From contig CBDFLN010000002.1 in NCBI GenBank assembly GCA_965249215.1, positions 186,662 through 250,661 of the forward strand: DNA of 64,000 nucleotides, written 5' to 3'. Shown piece after piece: positions 26,457-35,479 of this stretch; position 1 is the stretch's first letter; each line of letters begins with the position of its first letter. The DNA comes from Dehalococcoidia bacterium. GTDB taxonomy: Bacteria; Chloroflexota; Dehalococcoidia; Lucifugimonadales; UBA3495. Both the position numbers and the translations under genes were made by a program. The notes beneath the pieces were generated by a model that searched no databases, was not told where the DNA came from, and worked only from the letters and a program-made list of their open reading frames with translations.

Positions 26457-27548
26457 ATGAAAGCAGCGGTGCTGTACGAGCCACACCAACCCCTGAAGGT
26501 TGAAGAGTTGACCCTGGACGCCCCCGGGCGGCGGGAGGTGCTGGTAAAAGTCGCCGCCAGCGGCGTCTGTCACAGCGACCTGCATTACATCAAGGGAGTC
26601 AAGGAATTCCCGTTGCCCGTGGTGCTGGGCCATGAAGGGTCCGGCATCGTCCAGGAAGTTGGCCCAGACGTCACCTACGCCAAGCCCGGGGACCACGTAG
26701 TGATGTCCTTTATTCCCAATTGCGGCCGGTGCTCTCACTGCATCGCAGGCCGGCAGCACCTGTGCGACGACACCTACAAGCTCATCGGCACCCTGATGGA
26801 CGGCACCAGGCGGATGCGCAAAGGAGACCGGGAGATCAACCACTTCATGGGAGTGTCGTCATTTGGCGAATACTCCATTGTGCCCGAGGACAGCCTGGTG
26901 CTGGTGCGAGACGATGCGCCCCTGGACAAGCTGGCTTTGATTGGCTGCGGCGTTCCCACAGGGGTTGGAGCCGTCATCCACACCGCCAAGGTCAAGCCGG
27001 GCAGCCGGGTGGTGGTCATAGGTGTTGGCGGCGTAGGCCTGAACGTGGTCCAGGGAGCGGTCTTGGCGGGAGCAAAGGCAATCATTGCCGTGGACATCAG
27101 GGATCACAAGCTCCAACATGCGGTGGAGTTCGGCGCGACACATTTGATCAATGCTGCCGCGGAAGACGTCACCGAACGGGTCCGGGACGTCACCAAGGGG
27201 GAGATGGCCGACTATGCCTTCGAGGTGATCGGGACCGTTGACACGATGAAGCAGGCGCTGGGCACAACCCGTCCGGGCGGGGTGACGGTGCTTGTGGGCG
27301 CTCCGCCCGACGACGCCCAACTTACCATCGACCCCAACTTCCTGCAGGAGGGCCGCACGCTGGTGGGCTGCGCCTACGGGTCCTGCTATCCCAGGGCGGA
27401 CATGCCCATGTTGATCGACCTGTACATGGCGGGCAAGCTGAAACTGGACCAGCTCATCTCCCGGACTTTCCCCCTTGACGAAATCAACACTGCCTTCGAT
27501 CTCCTGGACCGTGGAGAAGTGGCCCGCAGCATAATCAGTTACGCCTAG
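26457..27548 (+). CDS. zinc-dependent alcohol dehydrogenase (class III-like MDR)
   Basis: GVCHSDLH, GHEGSG, a CGRCSHC structural-zinc loop and the GVGGVGL Rossmann motif. Confidence 0.85.
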   Translation: MKAAVLYEPHQPLKVEELTLDAPGRREVLVKVAASGVCHSDLHYIKGVKEFPLPVVLGHEGSGIVQEVGPDVTYAKPGDHVVMSFIPNCGRCSHCIAGRQHLCDDTYKLIGTLMDGTRRMRKGDREINHFMGVSSFGEYSIVPEDSLVLVRDDAPLDKLALIGCGVPTGVGAVIHTAKVKPGSRVVVIGVGGVGLNVVQGAVLAGAKAIIAVDIRDHKLQHAVEFGATHLINAAAEDVTERVRDVTKGEMADYAFEVIGTVDTMKQALGTTRPGGVTVLVGAPPDDAQLTIDPNFLQEGRTLVGCAYGSCYPRADMPMLIDLYMAGKLKLDQLISRTFPLDEINTAFDLLDRGEVARSIISYA

Positions 27549-27580
27549 CGCCTGTGCAGGTCTTCCCCGGCGTGCGTCGT

Positions 27581-28417
27581 CTATTCCAGGATGATGTTGT
27601 CGATGAGCCGCACCCGGCCCAGGCGCACAGCCGTCGATACCATGGCCCGGCCGGTCACCTGCTCCAACTCCTCCAGCGAGTCGGCGTCGGCAACGCTGAC
27701 ATACTCGATGCCAGTCACCAACGGTTCTTGCTCCAGCGTCTGCCGCACCTCGCAACGCAGCCTGTCGCCGGCCCGCTCGCCGGCCCGCCATAGTGTCTCC
27801 GCGCACGTCAACGCCCTGAAGACCACGGGAGCTGCCCGCCGCTGCTGCGGGTCCAGGTATGCGTTGCGGCTGCTGCACGCCAACCCGTCGCCTTCCCTAA
27901 CCGTGGGGACCACCACCAACTTCACGCCCAAGTCCAGGTCCCGCAGCAAACGCCGGACCACCGCGGTCTGCTGCCCGTCCTTCTGGCCGAAGTATGCCCG
28001 GTCGGGCCGGGTGAGGTTCAACAGCTTGGTCACCACGGTAGCTACCCCCCGGAAATGGCCGGGCCGGTGCGCGCCCTCCAATTTGCCCGAGAGTCCCTCC
28101 ACGCCGACCCACGTGTCGAATCCAGGAGGGTATACCTCCTCCACCGCGGGGACGAACACCAGGTCTGCCCCTTCTTCTCGCAGCAACGCCAGGTCCCGGT
28201 TCAGGTCCCTGGGGTACTGGGCGAGGTCTTCCCCTTGCCCGAACTGGGTTGGATTCACGAAGATGCTCACCGCGAGGGTTTTGTTCTCTTCCCGGGCCTG
28301 CCGGACCAGAGCCAGGTGACCCCGGTGCAGCGCTCCCATAGTCGGAACCAACCCCATGGGCTGTGCCGCCTCGCGGCAGGCCCGGGCCAGGTCCTGCCCG
28401 ATTTCCAAGACCTTCAC
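27581..28417 (-). CDS. panC: pantoate--beta-alanine ligase
   Basis: PTMGALHRGHLALV and FVNPTQFG motifs. Confidence 0.9.
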   Translation of the reverse strand: MKVLEIGQDLARACREAAQPMGLVPTMGALHRGHLALVRQAREENKTLAVSIFVNPTQFGQGEDLAQYPRDLNRDLALLREEGADLVFVPAVEEVYPPGFDTWVGVEGLSGKLEGAHRPGHFRGVATVVTKLLNLTRPDRAYFGQKDGQQTAVVRRLLRDLDLGVKLVVVPTVREGDGLACSSRNAYLDPQQRRAAPVVFRALTCAETLWRAGERAGDRLRCEVRQTLEQEPLVTGIEYVSVADADSLEELEQVTGRAMVSTAVRLGRVRLIDNIILE

Positions 28418-29268
28418 GGGAGCGGTGTTCCCTGGATATAACCCAACTCTTCCAGGATGCCTTGGTCCATTGCAAAGCTCTGCTCCTCGGCGGGAAACGA
28501 CCCCTCTTTGACCTCCAGTGCGTACTGGGTCAGAGCACCCTCTATCGTCTCAGCGAGACGGGCGTATTGCTTGGTGTGCTTAGGCACAAAGTCCGTGTAC
28601 AGGCCAAGCATGTCGTGCAACACCTGCACCTGCCCGTCGCAGCCGCCGCCCGCACCTATCCCGATGGTGGGAATAGTCAGCCGCTCGGAAATCATCCTGC
28701 CGAGCGGCGCAGGCACCAGCTCCAGCACCAGGGAGAAGGCCCCAGCCTGCTCCAGGGCCTGCGCGTCCTTCAGCAACTGCAACGCCCCGGCCTGGCTTTG
28801 TCCTTGGACGCGATAGCCCCCCAGGCCGTGCACTGACTGAGGCGTCAGGCCGATGTGCCCCATGACCGGTATCCCAGCGTCAACTATCCGGGCTACAACC
28901 TCCGTTACCTTTTCTCCGCCTTCCAATTTCACCGCTTGGGCGCCCCCCTCTTGCACCAACCGGGCGGCGTTGGCGAGTCCCTGGGTTGCGTCCAGTTGGT
29001 AGGACATGAACGGCAGGTCTGCCGTGATCATGGCGCGTTGCGCCCCCCGGGCCGCCGCCTTTACGTGGTGCACCATGTCTTCCATGGTCACCGGAATAGT
29101 CGAATCGTAGCCCAGCACCACCATCCCCAGGCTGTCTCCCACCAAAAGGATGGGAATTCCGGCGCGGTCAGCCAGCCGCGCCGACGTGTAGTCGTAGGCG
29201 GTGACCACGGGTATCTTCTGCCCCTTCCTCTTCATCTTGGCAACGTCGCAGATGGTTACCCTGGGCAT
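28414..29268 (-). CDS. panB: 3-methyl-2-oxobutanoate hydroxymethyltransferase
   Basis: VVTAYDYTSARL..LLVGDSLGMVVLGY. 4-nt overlap with panC. Confidence 0.9.
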   Translation of the reverse strand: MPRVTICDVAKMKRKGQKIPVVTAYDYTSARLADRAGIPILLVGDSLGMVVLGYDSTIPVTMEDMVHHVKAAARGAQRAMITADLPFMSYQLDATQGLANAARLVQEGGAQAVKLEGGEKVTEVVARIVDAGIPVMGHIGLTPQSVHGLGGYRVQGQSQAGALQLLKDAQALEQAGAFSLVLELVPAPLGRMISERLTIPTIGIGAGGGCDGQVQVLHDMLGLYTDFVPKHTKQYARLAETIEGALTQYALEVKEGSFPAEEQSFAMDQGILEELGYIQGTPLP

Positions 29269-29302
29269 GTCTAGCTCCTCCTCGAGGCGTCCCGGCTATT
29301 GA

Positions 29303-30226
29303 TTAAACGCGATGCCCTTCGCGGTTGGGGACAGTTGCTGCCCCATCGGCATATCGGTCAACTAACTCTCTCATGGCGGCGATTCGGCCCGGGTCGACGC
29401 CCCGTTCTGCTGCCATGGGAAGCGACGCAGCGGCCAGGGCAGCGTAGACCGGCGCCAGCTCCGGCAACCGCAAAGACAACGCTTCCAAGTGAGTCCTGAC
29501 TGTGCCGGCGTCCCCTCGGACTACCGGGCCGGTGGCCGCTGCCGTGGTCCCCTGCGCGGCTGCCGCGTCCAACGTCGCCCGGCACAGGGGATACAACGAC
29601 TGCATCGCCTGCCGCTCCGTAAACCCCATCGATTGCCACACCTCCACCGCTGCTTGCAAAAGAGCCGTCAGGTGGCCGCAGCCCAAGACCGCCGCGGCGT
29701 GGTACAGGGGCCGGTCGGCGTCTGGAATCGAAACGGGGAGGCCGCCGATTCGGCTCGCCATTTCCCACAACAAGTCGTTCAGCCATCCCTGCCCCGACAC
29801 CGCAATGGTTATCCCCTGAAGCCGCTCCTTTGCCTCTTCCGCTGAAGCGACGCCCCCCAGGGTCTGGAACGGATGAAACGCGCCCGCGATTGCCCCCTGC
29901 TCCGTTGCCGGTTCGAGCAATTCGGTCGACGCCGCTCCGCAGCAATGAACAACTCCCTGCCCCTTTCTCCACGCTACCGAGCCGGCAACTTCCCTTATCG
30001 CTTCGTCGGGCGTGGTGATAAACGCCAGGTCTACGGCGTCGGTCAATTCCTGCGCGCTGCTCACTGCAAAGCAACCGGGAATACCGTTGGCCAACCCCTC
30101 CGCGGAGCTTCTGCTCCGGCTGCAGACCGAGGCCACTCGATAGCCCTTGGCCGCCAGGGCCCACGCCAGCCCTCTGCCCAGCACCCCGGCGCCGATAAAG
30201 CCTATGGCAGGGTCGCGCCTATCCAC
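29303..30226 (-). CDS. Rossmann-fold/DUF2520-type oxidoreductase (possible PanG-like ketopantoate reductase)
   Basis: IGFIGAGVLGRGLA dinucleotide-binding motif. Sits directly upstream of panB in the same operon. GTG start. Confidence 0.55.
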   Translation of the reverse strand: MDRRDPAIGFIGAGVLGRGLAWALAAKGYRVASVCSRSRSSAEGLANGIPGCFAVSSAQELTDAVDLAFITTPDEAIREVAGSVAWRKGQGVVHCCGAASTELLEPATEQGAIAGAFHPFQTLGGVASAEEAKERLQGITIAVSGQGWLNDLLWEMASRIGGLPVSIPDADRPLYHAAAVLGCGHLTALLQAAVEVWQSMGFTERQAMQSLYPLCRATLDAAAAQGTTAAATGPVVRGDAGTVRTHLEALSLRLPELAPVYAALAAASLPMAAERGVDPGRIAAMRELVDRYADGAATVPNREGHRV

Positions 30227-31193
30227 GATTCAACTCCGAGATTGCCGGAAAGCCCCCCAGTCCCGAGGGCGTCTGCACAGCCCTCAGCACCGCCTGAGCG
30301 GTGACTTCCACCGCCGCTACCCCCAGCCGGGAAACGTCCGCCTGCCCCGGGAACCGGCCGGTGGAAAGGGCAAACATCGTGTCCCCGTCGTACATGGTGT
30401 GGCAGGGGCGTATCGTCAGGGCCAGGCCGTCGTGGCTGGCCATTGCCAGGTAGTTGGCTTCTTCCCGGGTCAGCGGGGCGTCCGTCGCGACCACCCCAAT
30501 CGTCGTGTTCGTCATGGGCAATCCTGGGCGCCATGCCTCACCCGCCAGCATGACTTCCACCGGGTCGTGAAAGCCGGAGCCGTCGTCTCGCCGGGGACCT
30601 GCTATCAGCCGGCCCGACCGGTGGTCGTAAATTCCCCCGTAGGCGTTTACCGCCACCGCCGCCGCCACCGTTGCGCCGTCGGGCAACGTCACGCTTGCCG
30701 TTCCGAAACCCGACTTGACTGCTGCCTCCGGCCCCATGGCCTTGGCCGCCGTGGCGCCGGTGCCCGCGCCCACGCTCCCCTCTTCAAGAGGACTGCTCCC
30801 GGCGGCTTGACAGGCGGCCAGGCCTTGCGCCGGACCGGGCCGCACCCGAGGGTTGATTACGTTCAGGTCGAACAGGATAGCCGCCGGCACTATGGGCACC
30901 ACCGCCGGGCCAGCTTGAAATCCGATGCCCAGGTCCGCCAGATAGTTGACCACCCCAGCTGCCGCTTCCAACCCGAAGGCGCTGCCACCGCTCAGGAGAA
31001 CCCCATGCACCTTGTCCACCCTGTGCATCGGGCGCAGCAGGTCGGTCTCGCGAGTGCCCGGAGACCCGCCCCGCACGTCGACGCCCCCAACTGCCCCGTC
31101 CCGGCAGATGAACACCGTGCATCCGGTGCCGTGGGCCATGTCTGTATAGTGCCCGGCTTCCAGTCCTGCCACGGCCGTTATCGTCCGGTTCAA
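30219..31193 (-). CDS. DmpA/P1-family (S58) aminopeptidase
   Basis: AGHYTD..GTGCTV..GGVDVRGGSPGTRETDLL is the Ntn-hydrolase DmpA-like signature. 8-nt overlap with the downstream gene. Confidence 0.75.
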   Translation of the reverse strand: MNRTITAVAGLEAGHYTDMAHGTGCTVFICRDGAVGGVDVRGGSPGTRETDLLRPMHRVDKVHGVLLSGGSAFGLEAAAGVVNYLADLGIGFQAGPAVVPIVPAAILFDLNVINPRVRPGPAQGLAACQAAGSSPLEEGSVGAGTGATAAKAMGPEAAVKSGFGTASVTLPDGATVAAAVAVNAYGGIYDHRSGRLIAGPRRDDGSGFHDPVEVMLAGEAWRPGLPMTNTTIGVVATDAPLTREEANYLAMASHDGLALTIRPCHTMYDGDTMFALSTGRFPGQADVSRLGVAAVEVTAQAVLRAVQTPSGLGGFPAISELNRG

Positions 31194-31251
31194 GAGACCG
31201 TCCTCCCAAAGCCCCGCATCCGTCTATGCCGGACAACCCGCCTGTGCCGGA

Positions 31252-31285
31252 CAAAAGGAAAGCCCCGACGCGTCGGGGCGTTTTC
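31252..31285 (-). terminator. rho-independent terminator-like hairpin
   Basis: GCCCCGAC-GC-GTCGGGGC (31262-31279) is followed on the minus strand by TTCCTTTTGT and on the plus strand by GTTTTC. It lies downstream of the oxidoreductase stop. Confidence 0.6.
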
Positions 31286-31440
31286 AATAGACCCAGTTAT
31301 GTTCCCGGCCGTCTCGGTCCCCATGAGATCCCAGCGGCGCACCCAATGCTGCAACCAAGGTCAGCTTAGAGAGCTCACCCCCCAATTAGGGTGGATGGCA
31401 CTACAATTGTATGAAGCTGCAAACCGGGTGTCAACTAGCG

Positions 31441-32544
31441 TTAACCGGCAGATGATACGACAACCTCGCGCCCTTGCTCCGATGCTTGCACGATGTCGTC
31501 GATGAGGCGATGCAGCTCCACAGCCGCGGCGAAATCGGGCCGGCAGTCTTCTCTCGAGAGGATTGCTTGCCCGAACCTCTGATACATCTGCCCCACGTTA
31601 TAAGGCTCTCCCTTGGGCATCCCTTCCGGCGCAAAGAAATATTCCTCGGGGACTTCCAGGTCCTCCAGGGAATGCCCCCCTCTAACGCCTTGCAGGCGGA
31701 CCGCATAGTTGGTGGGAGAGACGTCGCAAGATGCGACCAGGGTGCCTTCCATGCCGTAGACCTCCATACTGAAGCCGCTGCCTGCCCAAGGAGCGCCGGC
31801 GACGTGCACCGAACTCACCCCCCCGTTGGCCAGTTTGCCGCTAACCAGGATGGTATCCGGTGAAGTAACCTCCACCATCTGCCCGGAGTCTATCTCAAGC
31901 CATTCCTTGATTTGGGTGCTCACTACCGAGGAAACATGACTGAAATCGCCGGCCACGTAGGATAGAGCGTCTATGATGTGGCCGCCGCCGATGGTCAAAG
32001 CGTTGGCCCCAAGCTCGGAGCGCCGCTGCCAGAAATCTTCCGGAGGCCACTGCAACATCCCGCCCCAAATCAGGCTTGCGCGGCATGACACCACCTCGCC
32101 CACGTAGCCGGACTCCACCAGGCGCTTGGCGTACAGAAACCCGGGGTTGACCCGGGTCTGCAGTCCTACCATGTTTCGGACTCCCTTGGCCTGCGCCAGC
32201 TTGGCCATTTCCTCGGCCTCGGCGGTTGTCCGTCCCAGCGGCCACTCGGTATACACGTGCTTGCCGGCGTGGAGAGCGGCCATCGTCGCTTCGTAATGTG
32301 CGGGAACTTTGATACTCACCACCACGGCGTCGATGTCCGGGTGGTCCAACATCTTCCGGTAGTCGTCGAATGCCAGTATGGCCCCGTATTTTTGGCGCGT
32401 CTCTTCGGCGCTTTCCCGCCGGGTGGTGCAAACCGCGGTCAACTCGAAGTCCGGGCTGGCGGCCGCCGCCGGCAGGTGGGTCCGGGAAGCCCATCCCTTC
32501 CGGCTATTGGCGCCTATGATGCCCAACCGGATCTTGTCTGCCAT
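31441..32544 (-). CDS. Gfo/Idh/MocA family oxidoreductase
   Basis: IRLGIIGANSRKGWA N-terminal Rossmann motif, EWP motif, 367 aa. Confidence 0.8.
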   Translation of the reverse strand: MADKIRLGIIGANSRKGWASRTHLPAAAASPDFELTAVCTTRRESAEETRQKYGAILAFDDYRKMLDHPDIDAVVVSIKVPAHYEATMAALHAGKHVYTEWPLGRTTAEAEEMAKLAQAKGVRNMVGLQTRVNPGFLYAKRLVESGYVGEVVSCRASLIWGGMLQWPPEDFWQRRSELGANALTIGGGHIIDALSYVAGDFSHVSSVVSTQIKEWLEIDSGQMVEVTSPDTILVSGKLANGGVSSVHVAGAPWAGSGFSMEVYGMEGTLVASCDVSPTNYAVRLQGVRGGHSLEDLEVPEEYFFAPEGMPKGEPYNVGQMYQRFGQAILSREDCRPDFAAAVELHRLIDDIVQASEQGREVVVSSAG

Positions 32545-32770
32545 TGCTACTCCTGGAGCCAGGAATTTCTAGTTCGCCTCTCATTCCCGCTCATTCCCTC
32601 CCACCAGGGGGCGCGGGCAGGGTTTTTGTTTCTGTGTCATTTTGAGCCACGGAGCCGGGCGGTGATCGATGGGCCTTGGCAAGGCGGCAAGAGCGGCCAT
32701 CCACAGTGTATGGAAGGCCGCCGGACGGGGCAAGGGCTCGGTGTCAGGAGTTTGGGGCTTAAGGACAGGC

Positions 32771-33215
32771 GCCGGTGCGTGTGCTTCGAGAGCCTCAGCA
32801 CGAACGGGCTACCCAGTCTCCCGTTCACCCTGAGCCGGTTCGAAGGTCCCGCCGCCGGTGCGTGTGCTTCGAGAGCCTCAGCACGAACGGGCTACCCAGT
32901 CTCCCGTTCACCCTGAGCCGGTCGAAGGTCCCGCCGCCGGTGCGTGTGCTTCGAGAGCCTCAGCACGAACGGGCTACCCAGTCTCCCGTTCACCCTGAGC
33001 CGGTCAAAGGGCCCGCCGCCCGTTCGCCTGCTTCGAGAGCATCAGCACGAACGGGCTACCCAGTCTCCCGTTCACCCTGAGCGTGTCGAAGGGCCCGCCG
33101 CCCGTGCGTGTGCTTCGAGAGCCTCAGCACGAACGGGCTACCCAGTCTCCCGTTCACCCTGAGCCGGTCGAAGGGCCCGCCGCCCGTGCCTGTGCTTCGA
33201 GAGCCTCAGCGCGAA
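32771..33215. repeat. 82-83-bp tandem array (~5.4 copies) of REP/MITE-like family A
   Basis: Units start at 32771, 32854, 32936, 33018, 33100 and 33182. Each contains the hairpin GAACGGGCTACCCAGTCTCCCGTTC and the motif CACCCTGAGCCGGTCGAAGG. Confidence 0.9.
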
Positions 33216-33227
33216 GGGGGGTTGGAA

Positions 33228-33256
33228 TTGACATTCCAGCCATCGGAAAATAGAGT
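33228..33256 (+). promoter_or_regulatory. putative promoter of the VOC gene
   Basis: TTGACA-N17-TAGAGT, about 75 nt upstream of ATG 33333. Confidence 0.3.
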
Positions 33257-33332
33257 AAAGTCGCACGGTTCTCCCAGTTCCACAGGGTTTGGCATGGGTC
33301 GACCTTGCCAGTTTTTGGCGGGAGGCAGCAGG

Positions 33333-33710
33333 ATGGCGACAGTCCTCGATCACACGATAGTCCCGGTGCGGGATAGGGAGAAGTCGGCGGAGTTCTATAC
33401 GCGCATTTTCGGCTTTGAAAACCTGGGGGCAACCGGCCACTTTCTGGTGGTGCGGGTCAATGAGACTTTCAACCTGGACTTTGCCGTGTCCGACGACTTC
33501 CGGAGCATCCACTACGCCTTTGCCATGGAGCCGGAGGAGTTCGAGGCGGCCTTCGCCAGGGTTAGGGAGTCCGGGGTCGCCTACGGAGACAGCCCGTTCG
33601 CTCGGGACAATATGCAGGGTCCCGGGATGACCATTGGGGCCAGGGGCAAAGGCAAAGCGGTCTACTTCGATGACCCCGACGGCCACGTGTTGGAGATCAA
33701 GACCTACTAG
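33333..33710 (+). CDS. VOC (glyoxalase) family protein
   Basis: MATVLDHTIVPVRDREKSAEFYTRIFGF.. with GGAGG 7 nt upstream. The ORF-track start at 33108 lies inside the repeat array. Confidence 0.75.
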   Translation: MATVLDHTIVPVRDREKSAEFYTRIFGFENLGATGHFLVVRVNETFNLDFAVSDDFRSIHYAFAMEPEEFEAAFARVRESGVAYGDSPFARDNMQGPGMTIGARGKGKAVYFDDPDGHVLEIKTY

Positions 33711-33914
33711 CCGCCAGCAGCCGTGGTTGGGATGTGCGGGATGGAGTTGGACTAAGAGCCGTCATCAAATGAGCCCCTGAAAGGCCCCTGCGCTCCGAGA
33801 CGGGATGCGCGGGTATCAACTTGCTCGGCTTGTAGGCGCAGTCTCTCGATTCAGCGACATCGAGTGTTGGGCTTTGACAATCACTGGAATGCACGCTAAT
33901 TTGGCTTCAGTCTA

Positions 33915-34904
33915 CTATGCCGTTTCTATCAAAATTCTGCGATTTCTCAGGGGTATTTCTCTTCGGACGTCATCCGGCAGGCCGTCATAAGTCTCAAGCA
34001 GTTTGTCTACTAGGTCGTTAGGCCCCCACAAGCGAATCTGGAAGAAAGACCTTTCGTTCTCATTCCGGACCGCCTTTGTGAAATCGCCGAGGCTAACCAG
34101 CAAACCATGTTCGGCGCCGAATGACCCGATATTGCCCTGGAGGCGGTTGTAGTCGGGCAGATCTACGGCGCTGCGGCCAGATTTGACTTGAACGCATAGC
34201 CGCGGATCTCCAAAGCCCATATCACCCTGCCCAGCTAGGACGTCTACGCCGCCGTCCGGCCCAGGCCGAGTTTCCAATGCGCGGTAGCCTGACGCTCTCA
34301 GGATTTCGGCAACGAGGCACTCCATCCGGGTGCCTGAAAACCTGTCACGGATGCGATCTACGATTCGGTCATAAATTTGCTCTTCCAAGTCGACTTGGAA
34401 TTCAGTCTCTTCGTTGACGGGAGAGACAGTCTCTCCGTCGGTTGCTATATCTCCACTCAGATGTTTGCCTAATATGCCGTCGATACGTGCCTCGGCGTTA
34501 TTTGCCCGTACACGAAATACTGTTGCCAATCCACCCATGGAATTCAATAAATCCCGGTCGAAATAGGAGCGTGGAACATCTGGTGTCTTCCAGTCCACCG
34601 AACGCACGTGAGAGGCTTCCAACTCTTCCCGATACTGGTAATCGCCAGACGCCCTACCCACATTGACGACTCGCGGGCTCTTTCGAGGTAGCACAATCAT
34701 GTCGCCGACGCGAATTTCGTGGATGAAATTCCACACCTGGTCCGCCGAGTTCCTGGTCGGCATATGTTCTCGGAGCGACTCTCTACTGTTGAAACCGCCA
34801 GCGCTATACCCTACTCCAAAGTCTATGCCGGCTAGCCCTTGGGACAAAAATGTTTCCTCGTATTCGCCCATTCTCCCGGCTCTAACTACCCAGACAGTCA
34901 ACAT
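33915..34904 (-). CDS. Mrr-type (PD-(D/E)xK) restriction endonuclease with N-terminal extra domain
   Basis: C-terminal Mrr_cat-like GPDGGVDVLA..CVQVKSG. The N-terminus VWVVRAGRMGEYEETFL.. is typical of COG1715-like proteins. GGGAGGAGA lies directly upstream of ATG 34904. Lower GC. Confidence 0.7.
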   Translation of the reverse strand: MLTVWVVRAGRMGEYEETFLSQGLAGIDFGVGYSAGGFNSRESLREHMPTRNSADQVWNFIHEIRVGDMIVLPRKSPRVVNVGRASGDYQYREELEASHVRSVDWKTPDVPRSYFDRDLLNSMGGLATVFRVRANNAEARIDGILGKHLSGDIATDGETVSPVNEETEFQVDLEEQIYDRIVDRIRDRFSGTRMECLVAEILRASGYRALETRPGPDGGVDVLAGQGDMGFGDPRLCVQVKSGRSAVDLPDYNRLQGNIGSFGAEHGLLVSLGDFTKAVRNENERSFFQIRLWGPNDLVDKLLETYDGLPDDVRREIPLRNRRILIETA

Positions 34905-35027
34905 TCTCCTCCCGGTCGGCAGCAAAGCCTGCCAATTTCTCGACTTGATGATACCCCAACCGGGTTGCTACCCGTCCCATATCCGATAAACTCACTTGCA
35001 AGAACGAGCCTTCGGGCCCAACGGGCT

Positions 35028-35267
35028 CTAGGCGTCATCCAACCGGACAAACAAGTGTCCATCGCTGACGCTCACGGGGAAGGAGAACATGCGGGCAATT
35101 GGGCCGTTGATGCATTCGCCTTGGGTATGTTCGAAGCGCCACCCGTGGTCGGGGCACATAAACACCGAGCCCTCGTTGGAAACCGTGCCGCCCGCATGGG
35201 GACACACCATGGACAGCAGCAGATAGCCCTTCCTCCCACGTACAAGGTAGAAATGCTCTTCATCCAC
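35028..35267 (-). CDS. Rieske [2Fe-2S] domain protein (N-terminus uncertain or truncated)
   Basis: CPHAGG..(17)..CPDHGW cluster ligands. Homology-like sequence continues upstream to about 35380 without any ATG/GTG/TTG. Confidence 0.55.
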   Translation of the reverse strand: MDEEHFYLVRGRKGYLLLSMVCPHAGGTVSNEGSVFMCPDHGWRFEHTQGECINGPIARMFSFPVSVSDGHLFVRLDDA

Positions 35268-35479
35268 CGTAACGAGGGTGGGGAGTTTGCTGAATGACGA
35301 CTCGAGGCCCAGGTCTATATCGGTTGCTTCCAGAGGGGCGCCTCTCTGCTGCCGGCGGGCGACTTACGAGCCCAGATAGGGCTGTCCGCAGTATAGCCTA
35401 TGGGCCGGGGCTGTCGGGTCGACGGGTCAATCTTGACGCGCCGTGGGATTTGGTGGAGTATAGGGCCGCGGCGCATTAG

